A stretch of DNA of 54,459 nt, taken from assembly GCA_002373325.1 (NCBI GenBank), contig DFKI01000160.1:35525-89983 (forward strand), given 5' to 3'. Origin of the DNA: Treponema sp. UBA3649 (lineage in GTDB: Bacteria; Spirochaetota; Spirochaetia; Treponematales; Treponemataceae). Under the pieces are notes generated by a model. That model saw only the letters and a program-made list of their open reading frames with translations. It did not search any database and was not told the DNA's origin. Position numbers and translations under genes: made by a program. Numbering within the stretch: the stretch's first letter is position 1; the number at the start of each line of letters is the position of its first letter. Positions 39,152-49,588 of this stretch are shown piece by piece.

Positions 39152-40423
39152 ATGGAGTATAGCAAAAGACTCGCAGATTCAATTCTCAAGGAAATGCTCG
39201 AAGCAAAGGGGGCTGTGCTGGTGGAAGGCGCAAAGTGGTGTGGAAAAACGACCACCGCAGAGCAGATTTCAAACAGCCGTCTTTATATGCAAGATCCGGC
39301 AAAAAAAGAGCAGAACCTGCAGCTGGCAAATTTGAATCCGTCACTTCTGCTTGAAGGAAAAACTCCCCGCCTTATTGATGAGTGGCAGCTTGCGCCCAAG
39401 CTTTGGGATGCCGTCCGTTTTGAAGTTGACAGACGCAATGAATTCAATCAGTTTATATTGACGGGCTCCGCAGTCCCTGCATCTACTGACGAAATCTCAC
39501 ATTCTGGAACAGGAAGAATAAGCAGATTATTGATGCGGACAATGACTCTTCTGGAAACAGGAGATTCAACAGGAAAAGTTTCACTAAAAAAACTGTTTCA
39601 AAACGAAACGGACATAGCCGCAAGCAACGAAACGGATCTTAGGAAAATTGCCTATCTTATATGCCGCGGAGGTTGGCCAAAAGTTCTTGGTACTTCAGAA
39701 AAAATCGCATTAAGGCAATCAATAGACTATTATGACGCTGTAGTTAATTCTGACATTTCCCGGGTTGATGGCAAAACACGGAATCCAGAAAGGGCCAGAC
39801 TCCTGATGCGCTCGTATTCACGGAATATCGGCACCCAAATAAAATATGAAGACTTGCGCAAGGACATTCTGGGAAACGACATCGAAAGTTTCAGCATAGA
39901 AACGCTTTATGATTACGTTGATGCCTTAAAGAAAATTTTTGTTATCGAAGACTCGCCTGCATGGAATCCAAATCTTCGCTCAAACACCGCCATCCGAACA
40001 ACGGACACAAGATATTTTGTTGATCCGTCCATAGCCACCGCATGTCTTGGTATTGGACCTGAAGATTTGATAAATGATTTGAAGACAATGGGCTTTCTTT
40101 TTGAAAATCTATGCGTCAGAGATTTAAAAGTCTATGCGCAGACACTGGACGGATTGGTTTATCACTATCGAGACAGAAACAATCTTGAATGTGATGCCGT
40201 TGTCCATTTGCGTAATGGCTCTTATGGACTGATAGAAGTAAAACTCGGAGGCGACAAACTTATAGCGGAAGGCGCAAAAACCTTGAATACCCTTGAGAGA
40301 AATATCGACACGTCCAAGATGAAACTGCCGAGCTTTAAAATGATTCTTACCGCAGTTGGCGATTATGCATATAAAAGGGAAGACGGAATACTTATAGTTC
40401 CGATTACCTGCCTTGGAAATTAA
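39152..40423 (+). CDS. AAA_14 ATPase with DUF4143 domain
   Basis: GAKWCGKTT, LIDEWQ, ILTGS, GFLFEN, ECDAVV...IEVK. Confidence 0.88.
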   Translation: MEYSKRLADSILKEMLEAKGAVLVEGAKWCGKTTTAEQISNSRLYMQDPAKKEQNLQLANLNPSLLLEGKTPRLIDEWQLAPKLWDAVRFEVDRRNEFNQFILTGSAVPASTDEISHSGTGRISRLLMRTMTLLETGDSTGKVSLKKLFQNETDIAASNETDLRKIAYLICRGGWPKVLGTSEKIALRQSIDYYDAVVNSDISRVDGKTRNPERARLLMRSYSRNIGTQIKYEDLRKDILGNDIESFSIETLYDYVDALKKIFVIEDSPAWNPNLRSNTAIRTTDTRYFVDPSIATACLGIGPEDLINDLKTMGFLFENLCVRDLKVYAQTLDGLVYHYRDRNNLECDAVVHLRNGSYGLIEVKLGGDKLIAEGAKTLNTLERNIDTSKMKLPSFKMILTAVGDYAYKREDGILIVPITCLGN

Positions 40424-40482
40424 GGATTTAAAATGAAGGAAGATATTGATATTCCTGGAAAAGACACATTGGAAGACATAAA

Positions 40483-40887
40483 ATGAAAACCATAAACGTA
40501 GTAGCAGCAATAATAATCCGCGCAACGGAGGACGGAACAAAACAAGTCTTCGCAACCCAACGCGGCTATGGTGACTGGAAGGGCTGGTGGGAATTTCCCG
40601 GCGGAAAAATCGAAGAAGGTGAAAGTGCGGAGGACGCGCTCAAACGCGAAATAAAAGAAGAGCTTGCAACAGAAATAAGCGTGGGCGATTACGTTGACAC
40701 CATCGAATACGACTACCCTGCCTTTCATCTTTCCATGAGATGCTATGAGTGCTCCGTCATAAGCGGAAAGCTGGAGCTGTTGGAGCACGAAAACGCAAGC
40801 TGGCTCACGAAAGAAAACCTCCGCTCCGTGCAATGGCTCCCGGCAGACATTACGATTTTGGACAAGGTGGAAAAAAACCTCCTCTAA
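40483..40887 (+). CDS. MutT-like Nudix hydrolase
   Basis: GGKIEEGESAEDALKREIKEEL. Confidence 0.92.
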   Translation: MKTINVVAAIIIRATEDGTKQVFATQRGYGDWKGWWEFPGGKIEEGESAEDALKREIKEELATEISVGDYVDTIEYDYPAFHLSMRCYECSVISGKLELLEHENASWLTKENLRSVQWLPADITILDKVEKNLL

Positions 40888-40905
40888 TCAACGAACCCCT
40901 GTCGG

Positions 40906-41703
40906 TCAAAAAGTAGCCTCAACCATCTCCCGCATCCTTCTTGCATTCTTTGCCCCGCTGCCCTTGGGATGATTGTTGAAGTACATCTGAACTTTCTTTC
41001 CCTCGCCGTTTGCCTGCCTTACGATTGGGACAAAACTTGAAAGCTCGTCGTCGGAGTATTCGTAGCAGTAGCGTGAGCTTCCGTTTTGACCTTCGGCATC
41101 ATACCAGGCATTTTCATTTCGTCCGTGCATTCGGATGTATGCGCTGCTTCCGACAAACGGAGTCTTTGTCAAAGTTCCGTCGGGAAGATTTTTCAGCTGA
41201 GGCATGTCACAAAACACGATTGACGCATTCCGTTTCTCAAGCCCCTCAAAAACCGACTCTCGTATCCATTCCCTGTGGCGAAACTCAATCACCGCAGGAA
41301 ATCCGTCAAACTCGGAGATAAGTTTTGCAAGGTAGATTCTGTTTTCCTTTGTGTAATGAAAGCTCTGGGGAAACTGAAAGAGAAGAGCCGAAAGCCTGTC
41401 CTTTTCGTAAAGTGGATTCAGTGCCGATTTCAAATCCTCCGCCGCCGTCTGCCAATTTGAGTCAATCTCATGGGTAAGGAGCCTGATTGCCTTTATGCTG
41501 AAATTCAATCTTCCCTCGGACCGCTCGTAAAAAGAAATCAGCCTCTCCGCCGTGGGCATGTCGTAAAACGTGCTGTTCACTTCAAGCGCGTTAAAAACGG
41601 TGGAATAATATGGAAGAAAATCTTTTCGCTTTAAGTCCTCGGGATAAAAAACACCCTTCCACTCCGGGTAGTCGTAGCCGCTTGTGCCGATGAGATTTGT
41701 CAT
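40906..41703 (-). CDS. DUF72 (YecE-like) protein
   Basis: IGTSGYDY..W..FYP, EVNSTFY, LFQFPQSF, EFRH, YIRMHGRN, YFNNH. Confidence 0.9.
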   Translation of the reverse strand: MTNLIGTSGYDYPEWKGVFYPEDLKRKDFLPYYSTVFNALEVNSTFYDMPTAERLISFYERSEGRLNFSIKAIRLLTHEIDSNWQTAAEDLKSALNPLYEKDRLSALLFQFPQSFHYTKENRIYLAKLISEFDGFPAVIEFRHREWIRESVFEGLEKRNASIVFCDMPQLKNLPDGTLTKTPFVGSSAYIRMHGRNENAWYDAEGQNGSSRYCYEYSDDELSSFVPIVRQANGEGKKVQMYFNNHPKGSGAKNARRMREMVEATF

Positions 41704-42932
41704 AAAGATTCCTTCCAGCTGACAGTTTCCTGCTCAAGCTTGCAGTTATTTTTTAGCATGTAATTCATAATATCAGAATACTTGTTTTTCGAAATGAGAG
41801 TCTCAGCCTTTTTTATATCATTTGCCTCAAGCTGTTTTGTAAAAACAGAATATTTTTCAAGTTCAGGGATTCCCATTTTATATGATTTGAAATCTATCTG
41901 CGTTTTTGAGCGAAGATTTTCCAAAATAAAAAATCCGTCCGGGTCAATGTCGCCAAAATGAAAGTATTCTTTACTTTGGTTTTGCAAATGGATTTTCTTC
42001 AAAAAATTTTGCTTTGCGCTGTTGTGGTAGCCCGACAAAAAAATCAGAAACGTATCTGGATTTTTCATTCTGTTGAAAGAAGTAAGGTTTTCAACCGTCA
42101 TGATTTTTGAATCTTCTATTTCAAAAGACTTTATCAGATTTATGGAAGAAGATGAAAGCGCAAGGGGAATGTCTGAAGAAAGATTAAGAATGTTCCCATT
42201 TTCAAAAATAATATTTCCCTTTCCCTTAAAATACACATAGGTCGGATTCGCAAAAATATTACATTCTTCAAGAATAACTTTGCCTGCCTCTTTTTCATCG
42301 GCACAGTTTTCTATTGAAGAATCAAAACGTCCGCTTCTCCGCAAGATTTTTAAGACCTTGCTTTTGTATTTTGTCTCCCATGTTTTTGAATTTGCCAAAA
42401 CTGATATGGAAAGTTCCCGCTCAAGGATCTCGCTTTTGTTCTGCAATATGAATATCAAAAGAGAAATGATATTCTTAGCTTCTTCCTGAATGAATTCTGC
42501 TTTCTTTCCAGACCCAAGGCGTTCTACCTGTTGTTTGCAAAAGTCTTTTACAATCTGAGGCAAACTTGAATCATCACAATATTCGGAATAAAAAGAGATT
42601 TCCTCCCCTACCCTTGTGTTCTTATCTTTTACGCCAAGAACCGTCCGGATTGCATTCCAGTTTTCTTCGTTTGCTACGGCAGTTATTTTTGCGATTCTTT
42701 CGTATTTCCAATCAACTTGAACAAAATTCTCTGACTCAAGCAGGCGGCATTGTTTTTCAAAATCTTCAATTTCATTTATATCGGCAGAATCCTTTTCATA
42801 AGACTTGAACACATCAGACGGCTTTATGGAAAAGCTCTGCGTAACGGCATTTTCACCTTTGTAGGTTTTGCTTGATTCGTATTTGGTGAGTAGCTTTTGT
42901 AATATTTGTTTTTGAACGTTTGAATAAATCAT
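41700..42932 (-). CDS. jetD: Wadjet nuclease JetD (Toprim)
   Basis: TVENLTSF, GYHNS, HFGDIDPDGF, KLEQE; follows the SMC-like gene. Confidence 0.88.
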   Translation of the reverse strand: MIYSNVQKQILQKLLTKYESSKTYKGENAVTQSFSIKPSDVFKSYEKDSADINEIEDFEKQCRLLESENFVQVDWKYERIAKITAVANEENWNAIRTVLGVKDKNTRVGEEISFYSEYCDDSSLPQIVKDFCKQQVERLGSGKKAEFIQEEAKNIISLLIFILQNKSEILERELSISVLANSKTWETKYKSKVLKILRRSGRFDSSIENCADEKEAGKVILEECNIFANPTYVYFKGKGNIIFENGNILNLSSDIPLALSSSSINLIKSFEIEDSKIMTVENLTSFNRMKNPDTFLIFLSGYHNSAKQNFLKKIHLQNQSKEYFHFGDIDPDGFFILENLRSKTQIDFKSYKMGIPELEKYSVFTKQLEANDIKKAETLISKNKYSDIMNYMLKNNCKLEQETVSWKESL

Positions 42933-45900
42933 CGTGAATGCCAGCTTCCTTCCACAGGCTTTGTGTATTTCCCCTGAGTGTAAAGAGAAACCGTATTGTC
43001 AATGTGTTGGCCTATGCTGTTGATTTTTTCGGGTGGTGCCGCATAGAAAACCTGGAAGTTGTTGTCCTCTAAAAATTTTACCATCTGTTCGATTCGCTCT
43101 TTTGACAATGCGGAAAAAGCTTCGTCAATAAACGCAATGCGTGCGCAACACACGTCTTTTGGATAAAACTGCATCAGGCTTGCCGCAAGCACGATAAAGT
43201 ATGGAGTCTGTTTTTCACCGCCAGAAGCAGAGCCTTGCTTTTTGGACAAATCCATTTCAGATTCCTCATCGCCAATGTGACTTCTGATTGTCATGTCGTA
43301 AGTAAAATAGTTACGGTAATCCGAATAATCTTCTTCCTGCTCCGTATCAAGGATTTTGTTCAGGAAGGACTGAACGTCATCTGCAAGCTTTTCATCAGAC
43401 ACTGTGCGAACTGTAAATAAATCCGGACTTTCCGAATACAACTCAAGATTCTTACAAATTGTAAAGAAAACCTGTCTGTCAGATTTTTCTTCCATCTTGA
43501 ACTGATAAATATCCCTACCAAATGGAATACGTTTTAGTTCTGAATTGATTGCGGCAATTTCTTCTTTTGCGGAAATTATTTTTTCGTTAAGTTCTGCAAC
43601 AAAATCATGCAGGAAAACGTCCCTAAGTTTTTCCGACTGTTTTTCGACCTTATTTTTTGCCTCGTCAATTTTAACATTTGCCACATCACGGTAACGGTCG
43701 CGGTAAAACGAAATAAACTCTACGCCATAATTTGAAGAATCAATTTCAGAAAGAAGATTGTAGTCACGCTGCCTGTCTTCCATTTTTCTTTTTGCGTCAT
43801 CAACAGCAGTTTTCAACTCATTCAGACGTTTTTCGCCAATAATTATAAACGTATTCCTCTGTTTGCTTGCCCGCTCATATTCATCTTTCATTTCATCAAC
43901 TAATTCCGGATGTTGTCCTGAGATTTCTTTATATTCATCTTCATACTTTTTTGATTCTTTAATTTTCTCAGATATCTCTTTCTCCTTATTTTGGATTGCA
44001 GTCCTTACCGAAGCTCGTTTATCTGCAACATCTATATCAGATTCATATGCCTGATCATAATTTGATTTTGCAATTTCATATTCTTTTGCCGCAGCCAGCA
44101 TCTCGGGACTGTTTTTTAATTCATCAATCTGGGCAGAAAGTTTCCCGAAGTTTTTATTCTCTTCCAAAAGTTCTTTAGCGCAATCAAAATTGTAACGCTC
44201 AACCTTCCATTCAACATTGTCGATTAGCTTTACAAACTGATTTCGGTTTTGCAGTTCCTTTTCATATCCTGACTTTTCAAGATTCAATTCTTCCTCTTCC
44301 TTTCGGGCCTGCTCCAGCTGAATCTTTACCACATTGTTACCCAAGCACAGTGATGTCTTTTGAATCTGCATTTTGCTTGCCGCATAACTTTTGCAAAGCA
44401 TGCCGTCTTTTGTAATTCCACCCTTGGAATATTTATGAAGCTCATCAAGATTCTGGCAGAGATGAATTCCATTTAAAAGATAATTTGCGTAATGTCGGGC
44501 ACCTTTGTTTGTGATATTCAAAACAGAAGCGGCAGAGTTTTCTTCAATTTCCGTCTCTGGGATTTTATCTGTCAGGACAACGCTTGTCTTATAAATATTT
44601 TTTTCATTCAGAGTTTTTAACGCCTCATGGCAATAGTGGTCGTCCACAATGATGTTAAATCGCTTGTTCCATAAAAATGTTTCTATCGCTTTACGCCAAC
44701 TCTCATCGCTCAACGATTCCACAAGCTCAGCAAAAAAACGGACAGGTGATTTTATTCCACGCTTGTCAAACTCATTTTGAATAATCCGTTTAGCCTCTTC
44801 CGCCTCCTGAGGGAACTGCACAATGTTCGATTCCAGATTCTTAATCCGTTTTTGAACTTCTGTTATTTTGCCCGCCACGTCATAAAGCTTATCTTTTATG
44901 CGGCCATTTTCTTCTACGAACAGATCACGCTGATTTTTTATCTTGTTTGAAAAATCAATGAATGTTGAAATCTTTTTATCGGACTCAAAATCACTTTCAC
45001 TCAGATTTAAGAGAATCGTTTTGCTGGCATCAGGAATCGCAAAATATTCGTCAATCTGAGGAAGAATCACTTTGAGCGAAATCTGGAGATTCTTTAGCTG
45101 AACCAGCTCCTTTTCCAAGCCGTCAATTTTTTCCTTGATTTCATCCCGGTCCCTTTCCATTTTTTCAAGGCTTTCTGCAATTGAATGGTTTTTGTTTTCC
45201 ACATCAGAAAGGCGTTTCCTCATTTCTGAGAGGTTTGCCTCGCTTTCTTTTTTCTTTTTCTCCAAATCTTTCAGCTGAATTTGATTGTTCTGAAGATCTA
45301 TTTCCAGCTTTGAAATTTCATCTTTGTATTGATTTATATACTGGTAGCGGAACATCAGCTCGCGGATATTATAATTGCGAAGAACTTTTTCGTAGTCACG
45401 TGTCTTTTCTTCAATCTCCTCAAGAAGTTTTTTTCGTTCCTGAATCTGCTCGAACATCTCCTTTGCCTGATCGTAAAGCTTACGCTGCTCTCGAAGCCGG
45501 TCAAGGGATTTTACTTCTGCCTCTGCAAAAACCGAAGTCTGCAAGAATTTATCCACATTGCGCTCTGGGTCAAAGGCCATCATTTTAAGGAGCTTTTCCT
45601 TATACTTCCTGTAATCCGTTGTCCTAATTCCAAGTTGGCGGGTCAACTGGGGAATTGCTTTTTCACGACCAAGGAAGTCTGCTCCTTTTAGTGGAATGTT
45701 TTTGAATGTCAGGTTATTTTTTGCAGTTACGATCAGCTTTCCCTTTTCTACCGAACTAAAATTGAAATCCTCAAGGCGGCATTTTTCGCGGATAATCCAC
45801 TGGCTGATTGCCCTATCACTTTCCGAGCGGGATTCAATGCAAACTGCAATCACATGGTAATCAGAAATAAGCGGGTCAAAAAATTCCATTGCGATGTAAG

Positions 45901-46174
45901 AAGTAACGCTTCCCGGACGAAGATATCTGTCAGAGCCGTTTGTCTTTCTGTCTCCGTGGATATATGCTGTAACGTTTCTTCCATTGTCGTCAGCCGCTTT
46001 GTTAAACTGTGTGTTGGCCGTAATCAGATAGCTCATCGCATCAAGAATCGTAGTCTTTCCAGTACCGTTTACTCCAGTAAAAAGTGTGGAACTTCCCAAA
46101 GAGATTTTTTCATTTTGAAAGCATGACCAGTTTACAAGAAGCAGCCGTTTGGCGGTTTTGCGGTTATCTTTCAT
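42929..46174 (-). CDS. jetC: Wadjet SMC-like ATPase JetC
   Basis: LVNW, GVNGTGKTT, long coiled coils with hinge, DYRNYF, SGGEKQ, FIDEAF. Confidence 0.9.
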   Translation of the reverse strand: MKDNRKTAKRLLLVNWSCFQNEKISLGSSTLFTGVNGTGKTTILDAMSYLITANTQFNKAADDNGRNVTAYIHGDRKTNGSDRYLRPGSVTSYIAMEFFDPLISDYHVIAVCIESRSESDRAISQWIIREKCRLEDFNFSSVEKGKLIVTAKNNLTFKNIPLKGADFLGREKAIPQLTRQLGIRTTDYRKYKEKLLKMMAFDPERNVDKFLQTSVFAEAEVKSLDRLREQRKLYDQAKEMFEQIQERKKLLEEIEEKTRDYEKVLRNYNIRELMFRYQYINQYKDEISKLEIDLQNNQIQLKDLEKKKKESEANLSEMRKRLSDVENKNHSIAESLEKMERDRDEIKEKIDGLEKELVQLKNLQISLKVILPQIDEYFAIPDASKTILLNLSESDFESDKKISTFIDFSNKIKNQRDLFVEENGRIKDKLYDVAGKITEVQKRIKNLESNIVQFPQEAEEAKRIIQNEFDKRGIKSPVRFFAELVESLSDESWRKAIETFLWNKRFNIIVDDHYCHEALKTLNEKNIYKTSVVLTDKIPETEIEENSAASVLNITNKGARHYANYLLNGIHLCQNLDELHKYSKGGITKDGMLCKSYAASKMQIQKTSLCLGNNVVKIQLEQARKEEEELNLEKSGYEKELQNRNQFVKLIDNVEWKVERYNFDCAKELLEENKNFGKLSAQIDELKNSPEMLAAAKEYEIAKSNYDQAYESDIDVADKRASVRTAIQNKEKEISEKIKESKKYEDEYKEISGQHPELVDEMKDEYERASKQRNTFIIIGEKRLNELKTAVDDAKRKMEDRQRDYNLLSEIDSSNYGVEFISFYRDRYRDVANVKIDEAKNKVEKQSEKLRDVFLHDFVAELNEKIISAKEEIAAINSELKRIPFGRDIYQFKMEEKSDRQVFFTICKNLELYSESPDLFTVRTVSDEKLADDVQSFLNKILDTEQEEDYSDYRNYFTYDMTIRSHIGDEESEMDLSKKQGSASGGEKQTPYFIVLAASLMQFYPKDVCCARIAFIDEAFSALSKERIEQMVKFLEDNNFQVFYAAPPEKINSIGQHIDNTVSLYTQGKYTKPVEGSWHSR

Positions 46175-46902
46175 CAGTCTTCATCTCCTCTTTCAATCTC
46201 AATATCAATGGGATCACTCTCTACCTCGACAGACTCGCTATCCCCCAAGCCGTCAAGTTCATCAGGCTCCTGCTCATCATCGATTCCCTTCATCTTCTTT
46301 TCCGCGTCTTTTACAAAGGAAACAAATTCACTTTCGTTAAGGGCAAACTGTAGCGACGGATAAAGTATGATCGTAAAATCTTCTTCCCCTATTTCGCCGC
46401 TGGTCCCAATCAAGTTGAACTTGCAGAAGAGCTTTAGGATGTCACCAAGAGGTCCTTTGTCAAAATTTTTCTTGTAGTCATATTTTTCAAGCTCCATATT
46501 CAAATCTGACAAAGTAATTTTGATAACTTTATCCAAAGAACCGCGATGCAGCCTGTCTGAAAGTAAAGTCCACAAACAGCACAAAACAATGCTTTCAATT
46601 TTTCTAAAGCGAAAACGGTTTACGGCTACTGTTGCGGAAATGTTTTCATTCACCAAATTTGAAAGCATGATTACGCCGGAATCTTTTTGAACAAGGACTT
46701 CAAATCCCATAAAAGAAAAGTAGTGGGAAAAGAAATCTGAGTTTTTTGAAACAAAATAAAACATCTTTCGGTTCTCTTCGTCTTTATCACGGACAATGAA
46801 AGTTTTTTTTAGAAGATTGCGGGCACATTTCTGAAAAGTTTGTTTTTCGCCGGATGTAAATTCAGTATTCCAGTATTCGTCAACAGATTCATTATTTGTC
46901 AT
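46174..46902 (-). CDS. jetB: Wadjet JetB (DUF4194-like)
   Basis: Size, position between jetA and jetC, ESIVLCCL and ILYPSL motifs, acidic tail. Confidence 0.8.
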   Translation of the reverse strand: MTNNESVDEYWNTEFTSGEKQTFQKCARNLLKKTFIVRDKDEENRKMFYFVSKNSDFFSHYFSFMGFEVLVQKDSGVIMLSNLVNENISATVAVNRFRFRKIESIVLCCLWTLLSDRLHRGSLDKVIKITLSDLNMELEKYDYKKNFDKGPLGDILKLFCKFNLIGTSGEIGEEDFTIILYPSLQFALNESEFVSFVKDAEKKMKGIDDEQEPDELDGLGDSESVEVESDPIDIEIERGDED

Positions 46903-48283
46903 TCTTTTTTGCCCTCCAGTGCTTTGTCACAAAGTTTTCGCTTTCAATATATGTTTCATCGCTTTCTATGGAGTAGCCGTTTTCTTTTGCATAACTAACT
47001 GCAGCGAGAGATTTTAAAATATCGTCCTTGCTTGAATAATCAAAAGTACTGTTATCGATTATTTCGTTCTGGGCGAACAAGTCATCCATATATTTTTTCA
47101 TTTCGTCTTTTGAATATGGATTGTGGGATTCCTGCTCAAGAATGTATTTTTGTTTTTCAAGTTCTTCCTTTGTCAACTCAAAATAATCGGACTCCGTATT
47201 GTGCAAAACCTGCTGGCTTTTGTGGGGATACATAAGGGAAGATTGGTCAATATATTCATATTTCTGGATATTAAACAAAGCTCCGGCCTCATCCTTTTCT
47301 GCAATATTTTCTGAAGAAATCAAAATCCGAAGCGTCTGCTCAACCACACCACGGATATCAAGTCCCTTGTTTCTAAGCATTCTCTCCCTAGCTATGGCAA
47401 TATGGATGTAGGTGTTAATCTTTTGCTTTATGTCATCCATGATTTTGTTGTAGTCATCGTGAAGAAATTTTTTTGTGGAATCAATCATCTCATAGATTCG
47501 TTCCTGAGCTTCCATTTTTGAAATCAGATTTTTATGAGCCTTTTCCTCCGCTTGCAATTCATCGCAAAGCAACAAGAACAAATCAGGTGATTTGAGTTCT
47601 TCAAGTTTTCTGGTGATAAAGTTTCTGTAAATATGAATGTTCTGCTGATGAACAAGTCTGGAATACTCCTTTATAAAATCGCCGTCACAGTAAGAAATGA
47701 TATTCTCCGTAAGGCTTTCAAGGCTTCCCTCGTGATTCATCTTTTCGATAATCCTTTTGATTGAAGTGGACAGTTTTTTCAGTGACGAAGAGAGAGACTT
47801 TGCGTCTGAAAAAGTTGGTTTTAGAATAAAGTTATATAGTTCCTGTTTGTTTTCGTATTCTTTTGAATTAAAACGGTTATAAATGTTGAGAATGTAATTT
47901 GAAAATTCTGGAGTAGTAGGATTCTTTAATTTTTGTAAAAACTCTGCCAATGCAATTCCATTGTCAGTCATTATAATATATTTTTCAAAAGTGGAATCAT
48001 CCTGATATTCTTCAAGCCAGCCAACAGAAATAAACTTCCGCAAAACAAAATTAGCTTCATCATTTCCCGCATTCGCCGTGTTTTCTTCATCTGACAAATC
48101 AAGATGGTTTTCCAATAAAAAAGCTGCCAGCACATCCCGCAGATAAGAACGTTCAAGTCGTCCGGAAATTTCTTTGTCATTTTGATTATGTATTAATTCC
48201 AGGCAGTCCGCATAGATACGGCTGTTGCTTATTCCTGAGAGGCAGTTAAAAAAATCGGATGGAATTATGTCAAAGACATTCAT
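46892..48283 (-). CDS. jetA: Wadjet JetA (DUF5716-like)
   Basis: FDIIPSDFFNCLS..N..IYADCL, GWL motif; first gene of an overlapping operon. Confidence 0.8.
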   Translation of the reverse strand: MNVFDIIPSDFFNCLSGISNSRIYADCLELIHNQNDKEISGRLERSYLRDVLAAFLLENHLDLSDEENTANAGNDEANFVLRKFISVGWLEEYQDDSTFEKYIIMTDNGIALAEFLQKLKNPTTPEFSNYILNIYNRFNSKEYENKQELYNFILKPTFSDAKSLSSSLKKLSTSIKRIIEKMNHEGSLESLTENIISYCDGDFIKEYSRLVHQQNIHIYRNFITRKLEELKSPDLFLLLCDELQAEEKAHKNLISKMEAQERIYEMIDSTKKFLHDDYNKIMDDIKQKINTYIHIAIARERMLRNKGLDIRGVVEQTLRILISSENIAEKDEAGALFNIQKYEYIDQSSLMYPHKSQQVLHNTESDYFELTKEELEKQKYILEQESHNPYSKDEMKKYMDDLFAQNEIIDNSTFDYSSKDDILKSLAAVSYAKENGYSIESDETYIESENFVTKHWRAKKNDK

Positions 48284-48293
48284 GCTAAATCAA

Positions 48294-48329
48294 AGTCTAA
48301 CATATTTCAGATAACATGTAAATTACATG
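48294..48329 (-). promoter_or_regulatory. jet operon promoter with palindrome
   Basis: TTTACA-N17-TAGACT; perfect CATGTAA-N-TTACATG at 48315-48329 over the -35. Confidence 0.5.
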
Positions 48330-48338
48330 AGCTTCGTT

Positions 48339-49508
48339 TTAAACTTCTCCGCACAGATTCCCGCAGTTCTTGTAATTCATGTATTTCACTCCGTCAGATT
48401 CAAGCTCCAAATCTCCGCTGTACACAACTGTTGGGGAAAATGCGTTTGGGGCAAAGGCGCATATCTTTTTCAGATTTTTAGCGAACTCTTTGTTGTATGT
48501 TGAGGCTGACTTTATTTCCACAGGAATGATTTTTCTTCCGTCCGCAATTATCAAATCAATTTCAAAGCCCTTGCTGTCTCTAAAATAATACAGGCTTTTT
48601 TCCATTCCCTTGTTGAACTGACTTTTTAAAACTTCAAGTATGACCATATTCTCAAATAGATTCCCTACAAGCGGGTCGCGGGAAACCTGGTCAGGATTTT
48701 TTATTCCCAAAAGATATGAAGCAAGTCCCGGCTCATAAAAATAAATCTTGGGCGACTTAATAAGCCTCTTCGTATAGTTTTCAAAATAAGGTTCAAGTTT
48801 GAAAATAATAAAGGAAGATTCCAGAACCGAAATCCATTGCTCAACCGTTGTCCTTGAAACTCCGGCATCATTGGAAAGGGATTCATAATTGACAACCTGC
48901 CCAATACGCCCTGCAAGAAGATGAAGGAACTTTTCAAACAGAGCCTTGTTCTTTACATTTAAAAGCGTCTGCACATCACGCTCAACATAGGTTTGAAAAT
49001 ATGAGCGGTAGAGCAAATCCGCGGGCTGACCTTCTGCATAAAGACGGGGCATAAATCCCTGATACAAAAAATCGTCTTTTGAAAAATCCATGTTTGCGGA
49101 ATTCAACTCCTGAATGGAAAACGGAAGAAGATTGATGACGGCAGTTCTTCCTGCAAGAGATTGGGAAATTGCGGATTTTAATCCCTGCTGAAAACTTCCT
49201 GTCAGAATAAACTGGGCAGTTGCTTTTTTTTCATCAACGATTACCTGGATTTTATTTAAAAGCTCCGGGATGCGTTGAACTTCATCCAAAATCACAGGCC
49301 CTTTTATCATGCCGAAAAATGCATTCACGTCATTCTTTGCAAGATTGTAAAACTCAGGGTCCTCAAGATTTATATATGAATAGTCCTTGAAAAATGACTT
49401 TACAAGCGTCGTCTTCCCAGACTGGCGAGGTCCCAAAATTGTGACGACCGGAAAATAATCCGCGCATCGCTTTAATTCCGTTTCAGCAAGTCGTTTTATC
49501 TCAATCAT
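48339..49508 (-). CDS. AAA_14 ATPase with DUF4143 domain
   Basis: GPRQSGKTT, LDEVQR, SQSLAGR, GNLFEN, EIDL...VEIK; TTGCAT-N17-TATAAT-N6-ATG at 49508. Confidence 0.88.
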   Translation of the reverse strand: MIEIKRLAETELKRCADYFPVVTILGPRQSGKTTLVKSFFKDYSYINLEDPEFYNLAKNDVNAFFGMIKGPVILDEVQRIPELLNKIQVIVDEKKATAQFILTGSFQQGLKSAISQSLAGRTAVINLLPFSIQELNSANMDFSKDDFLYQGFMPRLYAEGQPADLLYRSYFQTYVERDVQTLLNVKNKALFEKFLHLLAGRIGQVVNYESLSNDAGVSRTTVEQWISVLESSFIIFKLEPYFENYTKRLIKSPKIYFYEPGLASYLLGIKNPDQVSRDPLVGNLFENMVILEVLKSQFNKGMEKSLYYFRDSKGFEIDLIIADGRKIIPVEIKSASTYNKEFAKNLKKICAFAPNAFSPTVVYSGDLELESDGVKYMNYKNCGNLCGEV

Positions 49509-49588
49509 ACTTGAATTATAGAGCAAAACGGAACAAAATGCAAGTTGAAGTTGCGATTTGTACCAAAAATCTAAATCATATCACTTCC

